NCBI GenBank assembly: GCA_030141605.1
Contig: JAQGDQ010000014.1
Span: 806,001-870,000, forward strand
Source of the DNA: Tubiluchus corallicola
Taxonomy: Eukaryota; Animalia; Priapulida
DNA length: 64,000 nt
Direction: 5' to 3'
Both the position numbers and the translations under genes were made by a program. Below the pieces are notes generated by a model, which made no database searches, was not told where the DNA came from, and worked only from the letters and a program-made list of their open reading frames with translations. Positions 25,401-36,400 of the stretch are shown here, one piece after another (position 1 is the stretch's first letter; each line of letters opens with the position of its first letter).

Positions 25401-28400
25401 GGAAAAATTTTGGCCCAGTAGCACCAATTACTTAATTTTCGAAGAATTTTCATAAATAACTTAATCAAGCTTTAAAATAAATAAATAAATAAATAACTAG
25501 AAGACAGAACTTAAAATAGGGCATCAACTCAATCATCAAATGTGATACATTTGTTTGTCAATATGAAACAATTATTAAATACCAGAACACAAATTTCATT
25601 AATTTAAGTAAGCCTGCCTAATTATTAGCCATATTAAACTAATTTTTAATTACAGTAGGCGTCGCTTAGTAGACTCACAGTTAATAAACTCAAACACTTA
25701 ACTGACTCAAAAAAGCTTGGTATGGGGTGCTTCTATTCAAATGTACATAAAAACTGTCGGTAATTGACTCAAATAACTCCACAATTTGTTTTTGCTTCAC
25801 ATACTTCTATAAGACACTTTCGTGTGACTAATAAGATTTTGACTTTTATATCATCTTAGTTCGTTTTTGTCCTGTAACATACATAGAAACAATCATGTTA
25901 AGTACCGTTTTGTTTATAAGCTGGAACGTTTATCATACGCTAATACGCTAGCCTGATGGTTTACTTTGACCTGCCAGTCCACTGCAATTAACCTTATTAC
26001 CCAAGAATTACAGGAAGCTAAACAATTAATCACTTGCTTAAAGTTTGCTTTTGAAGCTCTGGCTGTCTTTGCCAGAAAGTTTTATCAGTTAGATGTTGCT
26101 GTTGTGCCAGGGACGCAAGTACAGTACTGTAAGTATGTCACAATAGCAAGTGGGAGCTTAGACGAAACTACAGATGAAGCTACTTGCAGGGAAACACAGG
26201 CACCACCAACAGTTTAAGCACGCCAAGCACTAAGTATTCTACCAGAATTTGTGCATCATACAACAACAGATTTTCAATGTTTTTATCATTATGAGCTAAC
26301 ATCTTCGCGATAAAATGAAGCAGTCGATGTTGAAGGAATTTTTGTAACTTTTGTAAAATAAACAGACTTGTGTGATTTAGAAAAGTATAGTTTCACTTGC
26401 ATAAATTAATATTTTAAAATGTTTTTTCTAATTTTTAACTGCAAAAAGAAATTTAGGCATTACTTCGTTTCTAAAATTCATTAAAAACCTTTGCAGTGCA
26501 TAATAAGCTGGTGACTCATACTGATGTACCAATAACACTACACCCATCGGTTAATATGTTCAGTCGGGTAATTGGGTCAAAACACTTCGGTCCCAAAGCA
26601 AGTCTATTAAGTGGCGCCTACTGTATCTATAATTTATAATTAAATGTTCTACAAAATTTTCTACTTCTTCCTATTATCATGGGAAAGAAGCTTACTATAG
26701 GCCTACTTATACTGTAGTAGGTACATAAAGTTAAGTGACATTTTACAGAAGAGTATAAAGCTAATTTGGGCTATGTAGTCCAAAATGAGCAATTTGCTAT
26801 TGCTATACCTATGTGAATCTACAATCACAACTAAAAGCTTTCAAGTACTGTAGCAGATTTACTCTATTTGGTATAAAGTACTCACAACCTCACAATTTTT
26901 CTACTTGGCGAAATCAAATCTGTGTTACACACTGTTGTTTTGTACAGTTAACTCGCATCCCACAAAAAATGTTTGCTGTCGAATTCTGTGACCGTTACAA
27001 CACTTATAGAATGATTTTAGTTTACTCACCTTGCACCTAATATCTTTTGTGATTAAAAGATTTTTATCCTTGTAATTGAAAATTACATGTACTTTTTTGG
27101 TGCCTGGCCCACAAATGTCTGGTCCTAATGAAAGGCAAAAATTGATTAAATTTTATCATATTGAATTGAAGAATAACTTGAATTTCACCACAGTAAAAAC
27201 GATTTTCTAAATATCGTGATTGTAACATTTCAAACCATTCACGTCTTTCATTAGCACTTCGAGCTTACGACCAAGAACTTTATCATTAGTCCTTCAGTCC
27301 TTTCTTTATAAAATGCATGTGTGTTCATCACAAGAGAATTTAAGCCTAACCCTTTCTGCTATGTTCCGAGTCATGATCAAGTCGCAAACGATCACTAAGC
27401 TCTCGAATTATAAGTGGTGAAGACTATGATTCATGAAATAATAACTGGGGGAGAGTAATGGGTAATCAGCAGGCTTCCACACCTGCCAAGTTACTCAATG
27501 CCTAACACATACTCTCATGCAAATGTCTGTGTCACCACATGATTGTAACTTACCAAACATAATATTATATTTTGATTCTCCATGCATATCTTCTTGATCT
27601 AATGTGCCAGGAAACAGTTTTAAGTAGCCACCACCACAGTCTATCCGTTGTTCATGCTTAATCTATATAACAAAAAATAAGTTGTGAGAATAAGGTAGAG
27701 CGGTAGACGTATAAAATTTTACAATAAAGTGCATTAGCTCAGACATGGTTTGTTCGCAAAAGGCTACTTGCAAAAATCCACAAAAATAAAAACTTTGTCT
27801 TTTCAATTTTATGCACGTGGTGAAATTTAAAGGTCATCGTATAACAATGTATAAAAATAATACCTGAAACTGAATGACTAAAGGTTTTCCCTCATTGCTA
27901 AATGAATCAAACTTAGACGACACTGCATAAAAATGAGCATCTTCAGATGTTTGGATTCCTGAAAGAAGTTCATTTTGTGTGAATGCTGAACAGGTACTTA
28001 TCCTGCTGATAGATGTAATTTACTCTACAATAAAACAATAGCAAAAATATTCAGGCACTATTAGCATAATTATGATATCTACCATCTAAACCCAAATTTA
28101 ACCACTCAGTTCAATTTTCATATAATCAAGTATTTTTCCTAAAGTAGTCAGGTCACAGATCAGTGACCACAAAATCTGGTCTATTAGTTATATCTTTCTG
28201 TCATCCTATATACATTGACCAATATACAGTTCGGTTGCTACAAACGTGTCAATAGTACATAACATTTTCGAAACAATGTTGCTAGAAAATTCACCTTTAT
28301 CTTTTTCAAGGTCATTGTAAAACTTCCCAGCAGTTAGCACAAATTTCCCATAATCATCCTTGTGCTTTGACTGTACCCACCTATCTGTCCAAGTATCATC

Positions 28401-29900
28401 TGAAACACAATTATAAAATAAAGAATTAGCTTAAAACAAACATGCGAACTATTAGAAGGCGTGACATTTCTAAGAAATGTCTCACCTTCTAATAGAGAAA
28501 TGATTACTGCATGTACACAATAACAGCTATTATTATTACTTGCTCTTTATATTGTGAAAATTTGTTGGCCCACACAGTACTGCATACATCTGTAAGCAAG
28601 GCAAAAAAGCAGATAAATACGGTTCGATAAAGGCTAGAATGTACTGCATTTCAAAACAGGCAAATATTTTCCCACATATTATACTATCAATAGCAAACAA
28701 GATGCATTAATGTATGCCTGATAATATAATGTACTCCTGCCTACAGAATTTACTGTAACTGTTTACAAATGACCTACAACGACTTAAAAAATATTGTACA
28801 TGTTCATATTACTGTCTCATACCATTACCTTTCATGATCTTTAAATTTTTGTATTTCTGTTTTGTCACTATTACCTTATCAAGAAAACCTTATCCGAAGA
28901 AATAAGAACCTACATGGTGGCTATCTATAAGTGGTCCTCTCTTGAATGCCTTTGAAACTAATAAAGGATCGAGAAGGTAACATTCTGTAAGCAGTTCTCA
29001 CACATATACCTTATTGTACTATATACTTGATGGTGTTCCTGGTCATTATTAATAACTCGGCTTTAAATGTTTTTTAAAAAGATCTGTGTAGTTACTAATT
29101 AACCCTTTCATTAAGATTGCTCCAGGAAGACATCACTCTGTATGTGAAGAATTGGTTTTTATATCTGTAAAGAACTTGAGCCAGTGACCTCTAGTAACAC
29201 GAAGTGAATTTCTCTGTTGATTTTCTCTAGTAACTACGATGTATTTTAAATGTTTAACACTGTTGACAATATTTCCAGCCTGATGTTATCACCAATTAGT
29301 TTTTCCCATCTTTTTTGCACACTACCAAGAGCACAAATTTATGCCTTTCTTCAACCATGGTTAATTAAATTTAAGATAACTTTCTTCAACCATGTATCAT
29401 TAAAATAGCTATAATTAGTTAAATTGTAAGGGAGAGGGCTAGACTGAATGACTGTAGTGTATCTTAAAATAAGGCAAACAGAACGATTGGTTTGATCAAA
29501 CGAAGAATGTTTTGTTAAATGTGAGTCATACAAGTTTTATATATGTATATATGCAAAGCGTAGTCTGGTCTCCTTCATTTCAGTCTAATAATCAAGAGAT
29601 TACAGAAAGTTCAAGACAGGTACCTAGAGAAACAGCAAAATTATAACTGCAACTGATATCATGGGGCGCCCCATCAGCATTCGATACGAATAATTACAAC
29701 ACGTATGAAAACTGTGATACGAAGAATTCATAACATAAAAACTGTAGATATACATACAAACTACCCAGGACTAGTTTAGAAAATTTTTGTTCAATGAACA
29801 TATTGCAATTTAACTAACCTGAAAAGTCTTCCTTAAAGTAGATAGTTGGCTCTGCCACTGAAAGAGCAACGAAGGAGAAAAGCACCAAGACAGTCTTCAT
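22423..29900 (-). CDS. CALR: Calreticulin, 420 aa precursor, 11 coding exons, C-terminal HDEL
   Basis: Exons (minus): 29900-29819, 28399-28295, 27958-27864, 27662-27554, 27124-27030, 25109-24975, 24416-24228, 23452-23309, 23213-23121, 22875-22702, 22464-22423. Total 1263 nt, all GT-AG and in phase. Signal peptide [16 protein letters not shown]; motifs [43 protein letters not shown] and GEW.P..IDNP.Y P-domain repeats, [17 protein letters not shown], acidic tail, HDEL-stop. Confidence 0.98.
25653..26623. mobile_element. Non-autonomous Tc1/mariner/pogo-superfamily element (971 bp) in calreticulin intron 5
   Basis: 23-bp terminal inverted repeats cagtaggcgtcgcttagtagact / agtctattaagtggcgcctactg (20/23 match), flanked by TA at 25651-25652 and 26624-26625. 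No transposase ORF. Confidence 0.85.
29050..29620. mobile_element. Highly decayed CR1/L2-like LINE relics in calreticulin intron 1
   Basis: Minus strand near 29100-29200 reads TRGHWLKF...[14 protein letters not shown] (LINE C-terminal pattern). Plus strand 29557-29620 reads SVVWSP...[10 protein letters not shown] across a frameshift. Confidence 0.5.
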
Positions 29901-29969
29901 TTTAGAATAAAATTAATGAAAATTTAAGCTAACTTTACGCCGGTAACCTAACGTGAACGACGTGAAGAA

Positions 29970-30155
29970 ATACCACGTGATCGAGACAGCTGGATATCTG
30001 TGATTGGTCATGTTAGGCTGTGTAATCATACAGATGGACGATAATGATTGGTGAATGAGACAAGTAAACTTATTTTAGCCAATCAAATGCCAACACCTCC
30101 TGGAAACAGTCACGTGATACAAACTAACCTGGTCCCGCTGTGATATACACGTGGA
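29970..30155 (-). promoter_or_regulatory. Calreticulin proximal promoter with two ERSE-like elements, CCAAT boxes and CACGTG sites
   Basis: Minus-strand CCAAT-N9-CCAGC (30007-29989) and CCAAT-N9-CCATC (30051-30033); a further CCAAT at 30079-30083; CACGTG at 29974, 30111 and 30148. Confidence 0.7.
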
Positions 30156-30279
30156 TCAAAACGAACGACAAGTCAATGACTTGACCCGAATATGCAGTGG
30201 GTGGACCAAAAATGCAGTCCGATTTTTACAATCGCGAGATCATGAAACAAAAATAATGTAATCACTCTAGTAATCGTTG

Positions 30280-32030
30280 TAAGTTTGCTTGTTTGTTAGT
30301 TCGTTGTCTTCCCTTCCATTTTTGTTAGACGGTTAATTTGTGTTAGTTTCTTGGCTAAAGTGCCATAATACAGGTTGCTTCCTTGTCTGTTTATTTGATT
30401 TGTCATTTTGTAGTTGGATAGTTTCATGGTTATCTAGTTACCAATTGGTTGGAAGCTTGTTGGTTCGTTGGTTGGTCGGTTCATGAGTTTTTTTTATTTT
30501 TATTATTGATTCTTTTTATTAATAGTCTATTTAAGGTAAAGTTTATGGGTTGAAAGTGTACGAGGTTGTATGATTTGCTGCTCCGTTGGCTTTAACGTGC
30601 TGGTAGTTCACCTTTAGTTCAGTTATTTGGTTAAAGGTTGTTTGGGCTGATTTGTTTGTCATCGAATGGTTAGTTACTTGGCGATGGATTGGTTGGTGGG
30701 TTGTGAGTCACTTGTGCAGGCATATGTATCCCTTTTTATTAAATAGTCGCTACCTGGCTGGTTACATGTTAGTTTTGTGTTTGTTTGGCTGTGGCTGAAT
30801 GTTCGGATGATCTTAAAAGAATTATCAGTTCTTTGTAAACCTGGTATTTTGACAGCTGTTTGGCTAATCTATTGCCTGGTTATTTATGGCTGGCTCGCTA
30901 GCTGTTACGTTGGCTGATTGTTTTGGTAGATTGTCTTCCTGTTTGTTAGCTGCTGGGTTTCTCAGTTTGCTAGCTTACTTGTTGATTGATCATTGATTGC
31001 TGAGTATTTGATCGATAGCTGGTCTTTGGTTGGATGAAAGTTTCATTCTTGGTTGGGTAATTGTTCATTGGGTGGCTTTCCAGTGTAGCTGCCAATAGTA
31101 TTGGTTCAGTTCAAAGTTGAATGGTTGATTGGCTGCCTGCATGATTGTGGTCGGGGTGGATTGAGGCTGGCTTGTTAGCTGCATGATTACTTGGGCAGTT
31201 TGCTAGTTGACTACGTGGTTGCTGGTTGGTTTGGTTTACCAGCTGATTGCCATGTCTTTGAATGGTGGATTAATGTTTGATGGATGGAGGTTGGTTGACT
31301 GGGGTTAGTTTGTTGACTGGTTGATTGATTGGTTATAGTTGGTAGGTTAGTTTGTTAACTGTGTACTAGATGTTTTCCAGTTTAGTTAGTTTCAGAGCTG
31401 AATGACTGACTGCCTGTATGGTCGATGGCTGACTAATTGACTAGCTACTGATTGGTTAGTTTATTAGTTGAATGGCTGGTTGACTGCCTGATCTACTCGA
31501 TGTAGCAGGCAGCAGCAAGTTAACTTGGTCAAGTCAGCATGATACTAAGTTGTTTTGGCGTTGGTCGTCTGTCTATATGGTTTACTGCCTGACAGGATTG
31601 ATTGCTTTGACAGTAATTACATGTAATTAGGTAACAGGCAAACTGATTGGTATAGGTGGCTAGGTGGATATATAGTTGGTGGATTGTAATTAAATTACTA
31701 ACATAACTGAATGGCTAGTTAAATGGATGACTAGTTATGGTGGGGTGGGTATAATTTTATTAAAATCTTTCATTGAATGATTTGTTTGCTGGTTCAACTT
31801 GGCTGGGATTGGTCGATCAGCTAGCTATAGTTAGTCGTCACCTTGTTTGCTTGGTTTGTTCGATGGTTTGTTTGATGGTTTGTCCGTTGGCTGACTTATG
31901 AAACCATTGGTTGTTAAACTAACTATCTCAGTGATTATTCATCAGCTAACAGTTAACCGAATGGATGGTTGGCTGGTTGGTTGATTCGTCAGTAGGTTGA
32001 TTATCATTGATCGGTCGGTTGGTTGCTTTT
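30280..32030. repeat. Decayed G/T-rich tetranucleotide simple-repeat tract (TTGG/TTGA/CTGG/TTAG variants)
   Basis: Persistent 4-nt periodicity (e.g. ttggttcgttggttggtcggtt, ttgattgattggtt, ggctggttggttgatt) with a strong G+T excess on +. Confidence 0.8.
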
Positions 32031-32211
32031 CCTCTTGTCCCAATTCAGTTTTGATGTGTTTTGATTTTAGAGGATTAGCTTTCTTGATAATGGGATATCT
32101 TCCGGTCCTGCAATAAGCATCAACATAATAATTAGGTTCTGTCGCTAATTGCTATACAAAAATGCAATTCAGGGGCGTACAATTTTACATTACCGTTTTT
32201 AAGAGATTCCA

Positions 32212-33310
32212 GTGCAAATAATTTGAACAAAAGGCAAGTACCAGTGCGCATACGTAATATTGGGTTCCTCCGTAATCATTTACTGTCGATGTAGATATAG
32301 ACAGAGACATTTTTATTTATTTCCTTATTTATACCACAGTAAGAGTTAGTGTACGATTAGAATGATTAATTAGCAATAATTATCATTAATTAACTATAAT
32401 TATCAACGAAAATTGCAATTATCATCAGTAGATCCCACTTGTTTATCTTCTCAATAGACACTTAATATAACTATTAGGGGATTAGGGGTGAGTATTCTTC
32501 ACTAGAAAACAAATTCGAATTGAATGGAATTTGTGACTTTCGAACTCAAATGAAACCGAATTTCGAGTTTCCGAATCGCGAATTCGAATTCAATTTAAAT
32601 GATTTTCGAATCACTAATAAAAGCAGTCTTACAAACATCGTGCGTGTTCCTGTGCAAATAAGTTGAACAAAAGGCAAGTACGATTAGAATGATTAATTAA
32701 CAATAATTATCATTAATTAACTATAATTATCAACGAAAATTGCAATTATCATCAGTAGATCCCACTTGTTTATCTTCTCAATAGACACTTAATATAACTA
32801 TTAGGGGATTAGGGGTGAGTATTCTTCACTAGAAAACAAATTCGAATTGAATGGAATTTGTGACTTTCGAACTCAAATGAAACCGAATTTCGAGTTTCCG
32901 AATCGCGAATTCGAATTCAATTTAAATGATTTTCGAATCACTAATAAAAAGCAGTCTTACAAACATCGTGCGTGTTCCTGTGCAAATAAGTTGAACAAAA
33001 GGCAAGTACCAGTACACATACGTAATATTGGGTTCCACCGTAAACATTTACTGTCGATGTAGATATAGACAGAGACATTTTTATTTATTTCCTTATTTAT
33101 ACCACAGTAAAGTTAGTGTACGATTAGAATGATTAATTAACAATAATTATCGTTAATTAATTATAATTATCAACGAAAATTGCAATTATCATCAGTAGCT
33201 CCCACTTATTTATCTTTTCAATAGAGACTTAACATAATTATTAGGGCACTAGGGGTGAGTATTTTTCATCAGAAGACAAATTCAAATCGAATGTGAATTT
33301 GTGAATTCTT
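32212..33310. repeat. Tandem triplication of a ~440-bp unit
   Basis: Units start gtgcaaata at 32212, 32652 and 32980. Copy 2 (328 bp) has an internal deletion; copy 3 is truncated and more diverged. Confidence 0.95.
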
Positions 33311-33319
33311 TATGCATGG

Positions 33320-33455
33320 CAATTGATTGGTCATTGGCGAAACCGATGAGCTGAACCCGGGAGCTCCACCTGCATGCCTGGCTGGCTTCATTCTGGAGCC
33401 AGCAACTACTAGTAGCGTCATCTGTTATCGAGTGACTTTTCCTGTTTAAATGGCG
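33320..33455 (+). promoter_or_regulatory. Putative promoter and 5' UTR of the MAP7-like gene
   Basis: Two ATTGG (inverted CCAAT) at 33326 and 33333, local GC/CpG enrichment, and a YY1-like AAATGGCG overlapping the ATG at 33450. Confidence 0.55.
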
Positions 33456-36400
33456 GATGGTGAAACTGATGTCAAGCATACCTCAGAAAAAAGTAAGCAG
33501 TTATTATGCTTTTATAGAATGAGTAACTTGGAAATTTTAAGCTGTTTTTAATCAGCACATCAGTATTTGTCACATGATGAAATACTTCAAATTTGTACTG
33601 TTTTTGAAGTTAACGCTTGTTCTTTCTCTTAGTTCTAAATAGAGGCTGCATGGAGACTTTGTTGATGCAAGTGTTCGTGTACTTTCAAGTACTTTCCCCG
33701 CTAATCGTAATATACCTCGTGTACTTTATGGTAATATTCTTATGTCTCGACCTTACATGTCTTGCTACATTAAGATTATGTTTTGGTATGGTAAAATAAT
33801 GATAATATTATGAAAATATGGCACTGTAGAGGAAAAATGTAAGTAGAAGTATAGCGCGATTTAATTATTTCAACAATAATAAAAACTATGAAGATGATCA
33901 TGCATAACTGTATGCCTATATAATTATGATAAAAACTTGTTATACTGTAGTTGGCCAATATGCTATGTATCTGAGTTCAGTAAGTTGAACTCATTGTACA
34001 TTGTCATCTGAGCTCATTGTACATCTCAGCCTTCCCGCCACCACCAACTAAAGCATTTAGACTGATTTTTCATAAACTGGGTCCAACATTTTTTACATGA
34101 TTTTATCATGTACAATCAGCTCAAGTTGCCTTTTGTTCTTTGTAAGGTCTGCAGTACTGGTAGGCATAATCGATTACTTCACTTGTTGAAATCCTCAACC
34201 CAAGTATCAAAAATGGTTGCTTAGAAAATTTGGGCTTTAGTTTTTTGACAAACAAACTTTCTGTGAAACAAGAAACTATACAGCAATGTTTGTTAAAGAT
34301 GAAATTACCGGGAATCGCAAATTTAGAATATCTGCCTCAGTATGTTAATCAATATGATGCATCTGTTGTTGGTCAAACAAGTAATTGATTACTGCATAGT
34401 AGTACAGTTGTCAGTTACTGCTCACTAATTGTGATTACTTAATATTTCTGGTATTGCCCATCACTAGACTACTGTGAGCTGATTTTTGCCTTTATTAAAA
34501 TAGCATTATTTCGGGGAGGACAATGATTGAGCACCCCCTTGTGTGTTAATTATGAAAGTTAAGCAGCGTTGTCATGTGATTAGTAAATGGATGAGTGGTC
34601 ACGGGAAAACCGCTTTTCTGCTGTTTCTTTTGCCTTTAGTTTTTGGGGGAATATCTATGTTCATCCAAAGTGACTAATGCACTGCTGCTGGGTAATGTAC
34701 TACTTAGGGTAGTGCAGTTGAGCCAGTGTGCCAAATTATAAAAAGGAATTCTTGATTTCGAACGAAACACTTGAATGCCTTTAAGAGTGAAAAAGAAAGT
34801 AGCTAAAAGTGGCTGGCTTAATCATAAAGAAGTTAAAGAGCCCATTAAATCTCAATTTTTTTTATTTTTCACATAAGCTTTCATCCTTCACGGACTTTGT
34901 CAGCTGAAATCAAATTTCAAGATCTTTCAAAATCCTGGCTATACAATTTGATTTAGCAATAACTTTTAGGATTCCAAGCATGATGTATAATTTCCAAGTG
35001 ATCTAAAAACCACACAGCTGTTTATTTATTACACTACCAGGTTAAGTTAAATTTTAAGTTTATTGTCATGTAAAATATACAAAAGTAAAAAAAAATTATT
35101 TACAAGCATAAAAATGAAGTATAGCATGTATAGCAAAAAGTGTTAAAAATTTGAGTCTGTAGCTTACAGATTTTTATGACATGGAGGTATTGAAGTCCAG
35201 TCACATATTCACCTGTTTGTATTTCAATCAGTGGACGTACGTTTATCTTTCGTTAGTTGACTAATAAAAATAGTAAAGTGCGATCTAATTGAAAGGATCA
35301 TATACAGATACTATAATATAAAACAAAAATGACAAAAAACATTTTTATTTTGGCTTTCTGATGTTGCATATTTCTAACGTTTTTGATGTCATATAGGTTA
35401 TATAACTGAACTTTAGATTTATTTGTTGGTACATGTGCTGTCATTTGAATGCATTTAATTACATGGAGCGGAATGGAGTCCCGAAGGCTTGCTTAATAAT
35501 TATCCAAATTTGTTTATGATGGTACAGTCACATTGATAATTAGCTGCGTTGAAAATTTAATAATAATTGTGGGTTTGTTGACTTATAATTGATTTTAAAC
35601 AATTAAGTAATCGCTAGTTAGTTTAAAACTTTAAATTAGTTAAGTATATAAAGAGACCAAATTAGTTTGAATTTTTGTTTGTAATTCAGTGAATACGTAA
35701 TTGCATCATCTCTTGCATCTGATCTAGCGTCCGGATATATGCCAACTGCCATATATGGGTTAACAATTTTGTTTTTGACAGCCTGACAACACAAAAGCAC
35801 AAGCACAAACGAGGGCATTAAACAGCTATATAAGTTGTCTCGGGAGATTGAGTTGTCCAACATAATTTCTTGTCTCTTAAAGCCCACAGCGTTGGAAGGA
35901 GATATTGACGTTCCGTTTAAGCTTACTGTATCTGGAAGATTGTCGACTTGCTGACTAACTGACACAATTAATTCTTATAAATTGTGTTCGGCACCATTGT
36001 GAGGAAAATAAGGAAGCCACACTTCTGCTTTGCATCGATCTTTCAAAAAACTTTGCTAGCTAGGCAAATTTATGTTTAAACAATAACGTCTTCCTGTGTA
36101 CACAATCATGTCGCAATACAGTAGCTGAATAGTGAAGACCAGTGAGCTACTTATTTAAATGAGGGGCTTAAATTTAGCATCAAATAATTTGATTTTTGTA
36201 AGCTTTCTCTAGTTAGATGCTGAGTTCACCATAAAGAAAGTGTAACCGTAAAAAATAACGCACTGATATTTGGGCGATACGTGTTTAGTACTCTACCATA
36301 TTACTGTTAGAACGAGACATCATCTCAAAATTAATTCACAAACCAGATAAATTATCTGGTTCATAAAGTGATCATACACGTAAGTGCTCAGGCACAATTA

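Noticed and set aside
25966-26217. 83-aa ORF inside the TA-flanked element
   Set aside because: No transposase motifs; non-ATG start; not conserved in the homologous copy at 42515-42975.
32510-32612. GAA/TTC cluster as heat-shock elements, and TTAGGGG as telomeric repeat
   Set aside because: Spacing is mostly TTCGAA/GAATTC rather than nGAAnnTTCn arrays; only two TTAGGGG units per copy.
32212-33310. CRISPR-like array
   Set aside because: Long tandem duplication with no short repeats separated by unique spacers; eukaryotic context; no cas genes.
35636-35965. 109-aa minus-strand ORF as a nested gene
   Set aside because: Non-ATG start, no splice support and no recognisable domain; only a faint resemblance to LINE debris.
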